From the NCBI GenBank assembly GCA_037137755.1, contig JBAXJR010000001.1:64001-128000 (forward strand): DNA of 64,000 bases, given 5' to 3'. This document shows positions 11,110 to 20,328 of this stretch, piece after piece. The notes under the pieces are model-generated. The model saw nothing but the letters and a program-made list of their open reading frames with translations. It was not told the DNA's origin and did not search any database. The DNA comes from Methanomicrobiales archaeon. Lineage in GTDB: Archaea; Halobacteriota; Methanomicrobia; Methanomicrobiales; Methanospirillaceae. The position numbers and the translations under genes were made by a program. How positions within the stretch are numbered: the stretch's first letter is position 1; every line of letters starts with the position of its first letter.

Positions 11110-12562
11110 TTTTAGCCTCGTTTTCAAGTCCCACGATATCAGTAAATTTCCGGAGGACCGGATCGATGATAAGGGAAAGGAGCTCGTCCTTGTTTTCAGC
11201 CCTTGAGAAGAAGGTGAGCGGGATGGTGGCGGCCGCCATATTCGGGTGGCCCCCGGCCTCACCAATATCTCCGAATGCCTCGGCAAGTACGTTGCCAATA
11301 TGAAGCCGAATGTCGCGGTTTCTCACCGACATGATGATCGCCTCGTCAGTGATACCATACACAAGGGCGGTGTTGACCCCTTCCAGGTTGATCAGGAGGT
11401 CAGCTGCCTGGGGGAGGGTATCACGGTTCCGGACGTACCCGACATTTGAGAACAGATAGCCACTCCTGATTTTCCTGTTCCTTATTGCAGAGCCGAGGAC
11501 ATCCAGGGTCTCCTGTGAGAGTGACGGGGACATAATTTTATCTAACAGGTCTGCGTCGGTAAGGGGGAGAAGGAAGGCTGCATAACTCATGTCCTGCGGG
11601 GTAATATTCCGTTTGAAATCCTTTGTGTCCGATCTGATACCATAGAGAAGTCCGGTCGCAACGGGTTTATCTACCGGGATGTCAAGTTCCTGAAGGTACT
11701 GGGTGAGAATACTTGCAGTCGCTCCAAGACCCGGCCTGATATCCACAAACCCGGCTGTAGCCTCGCTGTGCATCCCGTCCTTGTGGTGGTCAAGGATAAT
11801 GTCCACGTGGGTCCTCGGGGAGAGTGAATTGTTGATGCCTGGCCCGGCACAATCGACAAGCGCAAGGTAATTGCATTCCTGCACCATCTGCGGGGTCATC
11901 CGCTCCATCCTGATCTCGAGAAGGTTGACCATGGTGCGGTTTTCCTGGTGGCCGATGACACCCTCGTAAAATATCCGGCATTCCAGTTTCTCCGGGTTTG
12001 CGTTGCGTGCTATTGCCGCGAGCGCCATGGCACTGGATATCGCATCGGGATCCGGGTTTTTATGAGTGATAATCCCAAGAGTGCCTTCCCATCCGGCAAG
12101 CATGGCATAGAGCCTCTGCGAGATCTTATTTGCATGTAATTTATTTATCTGGAAAAGGGCATTTCTGGCAATGAGCTGTGGTGGGTAAAACACAAACTCG
12201 GCTCCGGCAGCTTCGAGTGCAACCATTCCGATAGGGTCCACCGCACGGGCAACAACGTGTGCGGCAGGGTACCGCATTTTTATTGCCCGGACTGCTGAAA
12301 GGTTGGTTTCGTGGTCCCCGGTCAGGACAAAGGCGATCTCGAATTCAGGGATACCCAGCAGGAGTCCCTGGTCGCGGAATTCTTTTTTTATTGCATCAAT
12401 ATGCCTGTCACGCAGTTCTTTTACGCGTTGCTCATCACGGTCTATCACGAGGAGCCCCGCATTTTCCTTCTGGAGTTCCACGATGATATTGTACCCTGTA
12501 ATTCCTGCCCCGAATACGGCGTATTTTACCCGCGGGGCAGGTTGCTGCGTGACATCTGCCAT
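11099..12562 (-). CDS. TrkA-N (RCK) domain plus DHH/DHHA1 phosphoesterase
   Basis: GAGITG Rossmann N-terminus; HKNPDPDA, LDHH and GGH motifs; ATG at 12562 is the likely start. Confidence 0.88.
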   Translation of the reverse strand: MADVTQQPAPRVKYAVFGAGITGYNIIVELQKENAGLLVIDRDEQRVKELRDRHIDAIKKEFRDQGLLLGIPEFEIAFVLTGDHETNLSAVRAIKMRYPAAHVVARAVDPIGMVALEAAGAEFVFYPPQLIARNALFQINKLHANKISQRLYAMLAGWEGTLGIITHKNPDPDAISSAMALAAIARNANPEKLECRIFYEGVIGHQENRTMVNLLEIRMERMTPQMVQECNYLALVDCAGPGINNSLSPRTHVDIILDHHKDGMHSEATAGFVDIRPGLGATASILTQYLQELDIPVDKPVATGLLYGIRSDTKDFKRNITPQDMSYAAFLLPLTDADLLDKIMSPSLSQETLDVLGSAIRNRKIRSGYLFSNVGYVRNRDTLPQAADLLINLEGVNTALVYGITDEAIIMSVRNRDIRLHIGNVLAEAFGDIGEAGGHPNMAAATIPLTFFSRAENKDELLSLIIDPVLRKFTDIVGLENEAKNEI

Positions 12563-12715
12563 GTACAAAACAATGCAACGCGTCAGGATATTAAGTTTGA
12601 TACACGAACTGACTGATTCCTGCAATTCTCTTTACCAGTAGAGACCAGGGCAAAAGTAAAAGGTAATACGAAAGTTTTATTCGAGAGGATAGACCACTAT
12701 ATTGAGTCACTTCGC

Positions 12716-12789
12716 GGGCTTGTAGCTTAGTTCGGTAGAGCGACAGACTCTTAATCTGTAGGTCAAGGGTTCAAATCCCTTCAGGCCCG
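12716..12789 (+). tRNA. tRNA-Lys(CTT)
   Basis: Cloverleaf: acceptor GGGCTTG/CAGGCCC, anticodon arm ACAGA-CTCTTAA-TCTGT, T loop TTCAAAT. Confidence 0.96.
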
Positions 12790-13150
12790 CTTGTTTTCAT
12801 TCCATTTCTTCAATGTTCCGCGTCTGTGGTCACGTGGATTGTAAGGCCTTTTCAGCAATTAAAACGTGAAAAATATTGCATAATCCTTGAGCACAAAACC
12901 CCGCCCATGAATGAGAAAGGGGTAACAATAAGGAGAAGATAGTGAGCCAGGTCCAACTACATTTCATTCATCTCTATTGAATTACATCAGACGTTTGGCA
13001 TTTTCACCTTTCACCATTGAGAGCTTATCTGCAACCTTCTCTATCAATGTGCAATGACGTCCCTTAAACAAAATATATACGGAAAAAGCCCTAACCGAAA
13101 AGTACTGATAGACATGGTAAATCGGTGATAGAAAAAGAATTAATTATTCG

Positions 13151-13170
13151 TGAATGCTGTCCGGCATTCA
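13151..13170 (-). terminator. Possible terminator hairpin downstream of the HTH regulator
   Basis: TGAATGC/GCATTCA inverted repeat followed on the minus strand by a T-rich tract. Confidence 0.3.
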
Positions 13171-13186
13171 TCTCCTGCGGGTATTT

Positions 13187-13570
13187 TTATTCTGAAATAT
13201 AGTCCCGTAACTGCTTGATCATCTTCAACTGGTTGTTTGCTTCAGCAATTTTATCCCGCTCAATACGGTCCATAATTTCGCTGATCGGTAGGGCGAGTTT
13301 ATAAATTTTTACAGGTCTCCCTTTATTTTCAGCCTTGTTTTCCCTGCTTTCAACCCATTTCTGCTCCATCATGGCCGTCATCGCAATGCTCACTTCAGGT
13401 TGCCTGAGGTCAGTACCGCGTTCGATATCCCGCGATGTGGCTTCCGGGGTGTTTGCAAGATAGACAAGGACTTTTGAAACGTTCCGCTTAGTCCCGATTC
13501 TGGTGAGAAGATCTGCAAATTCTTCTTCCCGCTGTGTAAAGTACAGCACATTTTTGGATTTCATCAACAT
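13187..13570 (-). CDS. Winged-helix transcriptional regulator (COG4738-like, ArsR/MarR-type)
   Basis: TSRDIERGTDLRQPEVSIAM and KGRPVKIY motifs typical of this methanogen family. Confidence 0.85.
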   Translation of the reverse strand: MLMKSKNVLYFTQREEEFADLLTRIGTKRNVSKVLVYLANTPEATSRDIERGTDLRQPEVSIAMTAMMEQKWVESRENKAENKGRPVKIYKLALPISEIMDRIERDKIAEANNQLKMIKQLRDYISE

Positions 13571-13697
13571 CTCCCGGTGTGTTGTATATGTATTTTCAAA
13601 TTATATATAAAAATATTATTATTCTGATCTGGATAATCGGGTAGAAATGAATAATTTCATGTTTAAACCGGAAAAATTAAAACAAAAATAATAAGGT

Positions 13698-14264
13698 TTA
13701 GCTTGAAAGGAGGCCGAGATTTGTCAGGTCTGATACGATCTTCAGGACTGCAGCCCGGGCATCTTCGGGTTGTTTTCCCCCGGTAATGATCAGTTTTCCA
13801 GAGCCAAAGAGGAGGACCACTACTTTTGGAACTTCAAGCCGGTATACGAGGCCCGGGAACTGTTCCGGTTCATATTCGATCCGGTCAAGGTTGAACCCTA
13901 CGGCAATCTTGTTCAGGTTAATTCCTGCACCAAGATCTGCCGATGTGACAATATTCTGTATCTTGTAGGTGAGGTCTGTAGGGATATCAATCTTCAGTTC
14001 GCGCAGGAGATTGCCGAGTATTTCAAGACCTGCAGAGAGGCTTTCAACACTTTTTGCCCCGGTCAGAACTACCTTCCCTGACCCGAAGACGAGTGCGGCA
14101 ATTTTGGGGTTCTGCATCCTTATAACGACGCCCGGAAATCGTTTCTTGTTATATTCAGCATCCTTGATATTGGATGCAAGCATGGGAAGATCCAGATAAT
14201 CTGTCACCTTCGCCGAGGCTACAATATTTTCAATTTTGAGAGATTCCTCTGGCCTGACCTTCAT
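13698..14264 (-). CDS. tbp: TATA-box binding protein
   Basis: Two repeats: IENIVAS..FPG..VFGSGKVVLTGAK and IQNIVTS..YEPEQFPGL..FGSGKLIITG. Confidence 0.97.
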   Translation of the reverse strand: MKVRPEESLKIENIVASAKVTDYLDLPMLASNIKDAEYNKKRFPGVVIRMQNPKIAALVFGSGKVVLTGAKSVESLSAGLEILGNLLRELKIDIPTDLTYKIQNIVTSADLGAGINLNKIAVGFNLDRIEYEPEQFPGLVYRLEVPKVVVLLFGSGKLIITGGKQPEDARAAVLKIVSDLTNLGLLSS

Positions 14265-14693
14265 ATTTATAAATGCCACAAAACAGTATATAAACCGTTG
14301 GGTGTTATTTTTCCGGAGACAGAAGGGTTAACCTGGGCTTTAAGATTTGGAAACTTTGGATATTCGATGCATAATCCAACTATTTCATAATTTTGTGTCA
14401 ATATATCAGCTTTTGCCTTAACAAAGTGTACTATAAGCCCCTTTGTTCATAGATTATCAAGAAACACGGGTGGCTTTTCGAATTGTAGCCGGAGTTTTTC
14501 ATACCCGCCCGGTGTAACTATCTGGCAACCGATAAGCACTTCAAAATAAAACTGCTCAAGACCTACGGGGCAGGAGATATGACGAACGTATCATTATTCA
14601 TTAACGAAATGTTCCATTTTTAGGCTTCATACCTGATAAAAAAATATAAATTTTGGTTATAAAAAAAAGATTACAAAGGGATTTATTGTGATA

Positions 14694-15005
14694 TCAGTCA
14701 TACTGGCGCCAGGTGTGGTTGCACTTGCAGCAACGGAAGAACCGTACCTCGCTTTCATCCGCAGCCCTTAACTGTCTCATCCACCAGAATGCAAGGTTAT
14801 TCTCACACTTCGGGCACCGTATCTGGAAGGTGGGGAGCATCGGGATTGAGCCGTCTTCTTCGACAATGACTATCTCCTTCTCGTTTCGCATCGTTTTCTT
14901 CTGCAGCTGATCAGTATCTGATATTTTCCGGTTATACCCGCATTTCCGGCATTTCAGCTGGCCTGCAGAAGCCATAAGAATACTCTTGCACTCAGGACAG
15001 AACAT
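14694..15005 (-). CDS. tfs: Transcription elongation factor TFS
   Basis: MFCPEC..CRKC and CPKC..QLRAADES..CCKC zinc ribbons with the catalytic DE pair. Confidence 0.94.
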   Translation of the reverse strand: MFCPECKSILMASAGQLKCRKCGYNRKISDTDQLQKKTMRNEKEIVIVEEDGSIPMLPTFQIRCPKCENNLAFWWMRQLRAADESEVRFFRCCKCNHTWRQYD

Positions 15006-15137
15006 CGTTTCATCATGCGCATGCAAACCAGATTAATCCTTGTATCTCCCCATAAATGCTTAAAAAATCTGTAAATATCTGGCGCCAGCCTGTCACATCA
15101 GCATCCTTTTTTTATGGAAAAAGTCAACAGTAAAGGA

Positions 15138-15968
15138 ATGATAGAGTACCTTATCCTCATATCCTGCGTTTTTTTCCTGATCTTTCTCATCCCCACCCGG
15201 TACCGGCAGTACGCGGCTATCGTGGGATGGACGGGAATGGTACTGTTCCTTTTCGCCGAGATCCCCTATTATCTTTCCATCAACAATTTCCTGTACCCGC
15301 TGCTTGCTATACTTTCGGTACCGTTCCTGGTTATTACCGGCCGGTTATTACTCAAATCCGAAATCCGGGTCATGCAGCTTTCGACGGCTGCCGCAGTTGC
15401 ATTCCTGATATATGCACCGTTTGAGTTCATTCCTGCCCTGGGGGACTGGCTTATCTCGGTGGTGGTCGGGGAAGTATTCTGGGTACTGAACGCACTGCAC
15501 TATGATACCGTGCTGGTCGCCTGGGACATGTTCCAACGCTACGGGTACCGTATCCAGATCATTCTCGCCTGCACTGGGATCCAGGGGATTGCCATCATGC
15601 TCGGCGTTGCCTGTGCAGTCCCGTCTGACTGGCGCCAGAAAGTGCTCTCTTTCCTCCTTGTAGTACCGACTATTTATCTCCTTAATATTGCCCGGAATGT
15701 GGCAGTAATTATTGCGTATACTGAACAATGGTTTCCCTACCTGCCTGAAATTGCGGGGAACGGGGAAACTGGGTATGAAAGCTTTTTCTGGGCCCATAAT
15801 GTCATTGCCGAAGGGCTTGCACTGGTCCTGCTTATCGGCATCGCATACGGTTTATTCAGGATCAACCCCGGGCTGGCCGAATTTGCCCGTGACCTGACAG
15901 GAAGATATTACAGAGAGATCTACAGGCTGGCTGGTAAGACGCCCCCCTCTACCCCACCTGTGGAATAA
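15138..15968 (+). CDS. artA: Archaeosortase A
   Basis: Multi-TM protein with ILACTG (catalytic Cys), NIARN and SFFWAHN motifs; start could be 15114. Confidence 0.88.
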   Translation: MIEYLILISCVFFLIFLIPTRYRQYAAIVGWTGMVLFLFAEIPYYLSINNFLYPLLAILSVPFLVITGRLLLKSEIRVMQLSTAAAVAFLIYAPFEFIPALGDWLISVVVGEVFWVLNALHYDTVLVAWDMFQRYGYRIQIILACTGIQGIAIMLGVACAVPSDWRQKVLSFLLVVPTIYLLNIARNVAVIIAYTEQWFPYLPEIAGNGETGYESFFWAHNVIAEGLALVLLIGIAYGLFRINPGLAEFARDLTGRYYREIYRLAGKTPPSTPPVE

Positions 15969-16980
15969 CAGGATATACCCCGCGGGAGTTAAAAGACAAT
16001 TTTTGTGTCAGTTGAAGACCCCGGATCCCCAACTAAAAGAGACGTATTTCCTATCAATGCAAATTAAATCTTCGTAGAGCGAGGATGGCATTTATTAAAG
16101 CCTGATAAATGCAGTAGCAATTTGTATAAAGGGTGAGAAATAGGATTTAAAGGCCGGATGATGCACCATCAGCCTGTAATGCCACCGTCCTCATACCGGC
16201 ATGGTGCAGTTAAACCAGGTCTGCTATGGCCACGGATCCCGATTAAACGAGGGTATATCAGGGTTGTTTAAAAATGTGGCCGCTAATCTGGTATTGTCTG
16301 AAACTGGCTGGAATAACGGCCCTAACAACACAAAATCCGGGTACCGGCAGGAAGGGGGTTCGTAATACTTTGGGTAATAACAGTTATCCTCCGTATTTTG
16401 GAATAAAGGGGCAGGAATATGGATGAATATTATTTTCTGGTTGACCCGGATAAAAATTGGTGCCCCTTGATTTAGAGGATTAAAATGATTGGATTTTCAA
16501 TTCCGGGCTTTCAATAAAAAATATCAGATAATTATGGTAATTATACCCAACGGGAAAAAACAACACACTATGAATCACACCCGGATCCCTGGACTCAATA
16601 TGTTTTCCATTGGGTAATGGAGCGGTAGAGTAAATGTTCAGTGCGGAGAGGTGCACCGGTGACCGTTCCCGGACCTGGCAGCGATCTGAGTGGGCCGGTT
16701 ATGCACAAACCAATTCTTACTCACTCTTGATTACCCCTGGATAGTACTACGAAGGTTCAAATCCTCTTTATTTTATCAGAATACCCCGCAGATCGCTGTG
16801 GAATAAGGAAGCAGATCTTATCTTAAGATGAACCCTGAACTATGTATACAACAGGAAAACTAGGCGGAGGTGCGAATCATGCCCCATTGCTTGCAGCGGG
16901 GTGCACCGACGCGTTTAGACTTTCGGATTTGTTCTTGATAAAAAAGAAAAACAAAGGAAGTACTATTTGAGTCCTTAATT

Positions 16981-17613
16981 TCAGGAGTAGGTCTTGTGCA
17001 GGTAGAATATCCTCTGCATGGCTGATATGTTGGCGCACACCGCTATGATAATCACAGACAGCCAGATGAACCCGGTGATTCCCCCGAGAAGAATGACCAG
17101 TAGTGTTTCAGGTCGTCCGAAAAAACCGACCCCTTCCAGCGGGTCTTCTATTTTTCCATCAACACGCTCCTTGAACCCGATTTCAGCATAGGTGACCGGT
17201 TTGATAAACGTGTTCATAAGTGAACCGATGATTGCCAAGGCAACAATGCCAAAGTCCACGGCCGGTGTGACCGCTACAAAGCGGCCAAGTATTGCAATCC
17301 CCGAGAGGCCTATGCCGAGCAGTACGAGAGCATCTACATACTTATCGACTATCCAGTCAAAAACCGCGCCGAATTTTGTCTGACGGCCGATTTTCCGTGC
17401 TACACTTCCATCTACGAGGTCGAGGAGTGCCGAAATAAAAAGAAATACGCTTCCAAGAAAGAAATGACGGTCAATAAAGCATATTGCGCAGGCAATCCCG
17501 AATAAGAGGGACAGGAGTGATATCTGGTTCGGGGTGATACCTGTTTTTACAAATATATCTGCGACCGGCTCCAGGTACCCGATAAATCTTGGCCTGAGCG
17601 CGGTAATATTCAT
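16981..17613 (-). CDS. CDP-alcohol phosphatidyltransferase (archaeal lipid headgroup synthase)
   Basis: TPNQIS and DLVDGSVAR..G..FDWIVD signature. Confidence 0.92.
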   Translation of the reverse strand: MNITALRPRFIGYLEPVADIFVKTGITPNQISLLSLLFGIACAICFIDRHFFLGSVFLFISALLDLVDGSVARKIGRQTKFGAVFDWIVDKYVDALVLLGIGLSGIAILGRFVAVTPAVDFGIVALAIIGSLMNTFIKPVTYAEIGFKERVDGKIEDPLEGVGFFGRPETLLVILLGGITGFIWLSVIIIAVCANISAMQRIFYLHKTYS

Positions 17614-17828
17614 GTCCTAATACAGTTGGGATCTCAATATTAATACTTGTTCTTTTACCCATGTTCCGATGAAAAGAAGTGATTTCTGCTATTTCCGGGG
17701 AGGATATCTCCCGGTTTTCCCAGATTTTTTAGTAAGTATTCCTCTCACCATACCTCATGGTTTCTTCTCCCGGGATTGGCTAACTTCTATTATCTTGCAG
17801 GTCGATAACTGGAGCAAGAAGGACCAGT

Positions 17829-18521
17829 ATGGCAGATTCGAAAGAACGACCTCATGTACTGATGATGTCCGAGATCACCGCGGATGGCAAGCTGACGCTC
17901 AAAAAAGGGACTTCAAGCAAGATCCTGATGAAATATATGTCCCACGAGACCGAGCTCCTCCTCCACCGGACACGAGCCGAATGCGATGCAATTATGGTCG
18001 GTTCAAATACGATTAAAATTGATAATTCGTTCCTTACGGTACGGTACGTGACGGGTAAGAGCCCGTTACGTGTTATCCCGTGCAGTAATGCCGATATTCC
18101 CCTGGCCTCAAATGTGCTCGGCCCCGGGGCACCGACAGTTATTGGTGTATCCAGAAAGGCCCCGCAGGAAAGGGTCCAGGCAATCAGGAAAAAAGGTGCC
18201 CATGTGGTTGTGGCAGGTGAAGACCGGGTTGACCTCCCCCTACTCATGCAGATTCTCTGGAAGGATTTTGGCGTCCGTCGCATGATGGTAGAGGGCGGTC
18301 CGACCCTGAACTGGCACATGCTCCACCACCATCTTGTTGACGAGATACGGTTGATCCACCTCCCATTTATTGTTGGCGGGGCGGATACCCCGTCTCTGGT
18401 CGGAGGTATGCATATCGAGTCAGAGGACGATATGATCCGGCTCGGGTTAAAAAAATTCTATCTCTGCGGAACGAACCTTGTAACCGAGTATGATGTAGAG
18501 TACCGGGTTCCTGCAGGGTAA
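17829..18521 (+). CDS. RibD C-terminal / ArfC-like pyrimidine reductase family protein
   Basis: DGKL, DAIMVGSNT..DNSFLTVR and VEGGPTLN motifs. Confidence 0.85.
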   Translation: MADSKERPHVLMMSEITADGKLTLKKGTSSKILMKYMSHETELLLHRTRAECDAIMVGSNTIKIDNSFLTVRYVTGKSPLRVIPCSNADIPLASNVLGPGAPTVIGVSRKAPQERVQAIRKKGAHVVVAGEDRVDLPLLMQILWKDFGVRRMMVEGGPTLNWHMLHHHLVDEIRLIHLPFIVGGADTPSLVGGMHIESEDDMIRLGLKKFYLCGTNLVTEYDVEYRVPAG

Positions 18522-18599
18522 TCCGGCCAGTAAATCCTCCTGTTTTTCATGGGTTAAGCCTCTTACGAGCGGCCTTGGGTTTTTTTGAAAGCTTCCCGG

Positions 18600-19865
18600 T
18601 CATATCATTCTGAGCGGGTCTGTTTTCATATACTCCCGGCAGACCGTGGTCGCATAATGACCCGGTGGAAGGGTAAATTTCAGCCGCACACGGTCCCCGT
18701 CCTGGATGGCTTCAACAGGTGTCATGAGACTTATCGGGCGTAGTGCACCGTTGAACCGTGAATGTACAAATTCCTGAGCTGTTTTGAAATTCTCCGGGCC
18801 GATACCCTGTTCCTCCAGCAGGTGCTCAATTGCACTGCCGGAATGTCCCTGGGTAGCGGTGAGTGAACCCGGCATAAAAATTGCAATAATACAGCGCCCC
18901 CTTTTAATATGCTGGGCTGCGATTCCCCGGTTCTGTTCAGTCACCCTGTCTTCTCTCCCGTTTTCAAAGATCAACAGGTCTCCGGGGACCGGCTCATCGA
19001 TTGCCGTGCCCTGGTCGAACCGCGTAGACAGCGCGCAGTTAAATAACCAGGACTGGTACGCGGATATGAACATCGAGAGTAATTTTGGGGGCAGTACCTT
19101 CAAAGCACCCTTGAAATCCCCGGGTTTGTTAATGAGGTGGTGGAGCATTGAGCGCTCGTAGGACATCGAGACGGGGAGTCGGTGCAGTGCTTCCCGTGCA
19201 TCCCGGGTCTCGTAGAATATAGTCCTGGTTGCACGGTTCTCTGCGGGTTCTGCGGGAAATGACTGGCCGATATAGGTCATCACGGCTCCTTCAAAGTTAT
19301 TTTTGAGGATTAACTCCCCGATACGGTGTGTGAGAGGACGGATTACACCGAACCTCTGGACCCCGTAATAATTAGGGAGACCTGCAGAAGCAGTTTTGTT
19401 AACTGATTGTATCTGCCCTTCAATATCCTCCCCTGATAATTCCCTGATCGTAATATCGAAGCGGTTCCCCTTTAGGCTGCCAAGTGAGAGGGGGAACTGG
19501 GAACGGCCCAGCACTTCGAGCATGATATCCTTCAGCCTGACATCGGCGATCTGTGCGGGTGTTATTTCATAAAGTGATATCAACTGGCTCGTAATAGCAT
19601 GCCTGTCTTTTGTGCCACCCCACCCGATGCGGCGGTGACTGATGCCAAGCCGTTTTGCCAGTTCCTTTACTGCATGCTGGAGTTCCCAGTCTTTTTTTGT
19701 AAGTTTACAGATGAGATATGGTCCGGAATCACCAACTGCTACCGGGATCTCCTCAACTAAAAAATCTTCAGCCGTGGACCTGAGTTTTCCCCCGATACCT
19801 GTTGTATCACTTGAATAATAGCGCATCCCGAGCTCCTGCTCAAGTGCAAACTGGCTTAGTCTCAT
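18600..19865 (-). CDS. truD: tRNA pseudouridine(13) synthase TruD
   Basis: GTKDRHAIT, GNRFDI, NYYGVQRFG and LPPGHYAT motifs. Confidence 0.95.
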   Translation of the reverse strand: MRLSQFALEQELGMRYYSSDTTGIGGKLRSTAEDFLVEEIPVAVGDSGPYLICKLTKKDWELQHAVKELAKRLGISHRRIGWGGTKDRHAITSQLISLYEITPAQIADVRLKDIMLEVLGRSQFPLSLGSLKGNRFDITIRELSGEDIEGQIQSVNKTASAGLPNYYGVQRFGVIRPLTHRIGELILKNNFEGAVMTYIGQSFPAEPAENRATRTIFYETRDAREALHRLPVSMSYERSMLHHLINKPGDFKGALKVLPPKLLSMFISAYQSWLFNCALSTRFDQGTAIDEPVPGDLLIFENGREDRVTEQNRGIAAQHIKRGRCIIAIFMPGSLTATQGHSGSAIEHLLEEQGIGPENFKTAQEFVHSRFNGALRPISLMTPVEAIQDGDRVRLKFTLPPGHYATTVCREYMKTDPLRMI

Positions 19866-20224
19866 AAAAGGGAAAGGTCTCCGGTTAGTTTGTCGAGCGC
19901 TTCGGTCTTTGCTGGTCCAAGCCCGAGGGCGGTTACCGTCCCGGGCGCAATCTCGGTAAGCCCGGCGTCCTGGACGAGTGCTGCGGCGATACCTGCATTT
20001 TCGGCAAGAACTTTCAGTTCAAAAAGCGGACGTTCCCCTGCAACTTTCAGGACAACCTTCTTCTGGCCTTCAGAGAACCAGCCTTTCCTGGCAGTACTAT
20101 CCGCCCGCTCGTAGGCCAGTATTACGGCATGACCGACCTGTGCGCACATTTTACCGCAGCTCATTTTAAGATCTGACCTGATCACCAGGCACTGTTTCCA
20201 CTTGAATTCCGGTCCTTCAGCCAT
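19862..20224 (-). CDS. pth2: Peptidyl-tRNA hydrolase Pth2
   Basis: KMSCGKMCAQVGHA, QKKVVLK and DAGLTEIAPGTVT motifs; ATG at 20224. Confidence 0.95.
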   Translation of the reverse strand: MAEGPEFKWKQCLVIRSDLKMSCGKMCAQVGHAVILAYERADSTARKGWFSEGQKKVVLKVAGERPLFELKVLAENAGIAAALVQDAGLTEIAPGTVTALGLGPAKTEALDKLTGDLSLL

Positions 20225-20328
20225 TGTCAGTACATGGGTTTGTTCATTCAAATATATGCGTGATACTGCCTGGTAAACCGGGCGCTTTTCCACAGCTTGA
20301 TACTATTCCCGCACCCAGTAATATTTAT

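Noticed and set aside
11110-11298. 63-aa N-terminal extension of mptE in the ORF track
   Set aside because: It overlaps the DHH gene in another frame; family-like sequence starts at ATG 11109.
14571-14623. AGGAGA-ATG micro-ORF MTNVSLFINEMFHF
   Set aside because: Only 14 codons with no other support; compatible with chance.
16751-16767. GGTTCAAATCC T-arm-like fragment as a possible att-site scar
   Set aside because: Only a 3-bp stem, no acceptor 3' match to the tRNAs in the window, and no integrase.
15969-16980. Replication origin
   Set aside because: No adjacent cdc6/orc1 and no convincing repeated ORB with G-string.
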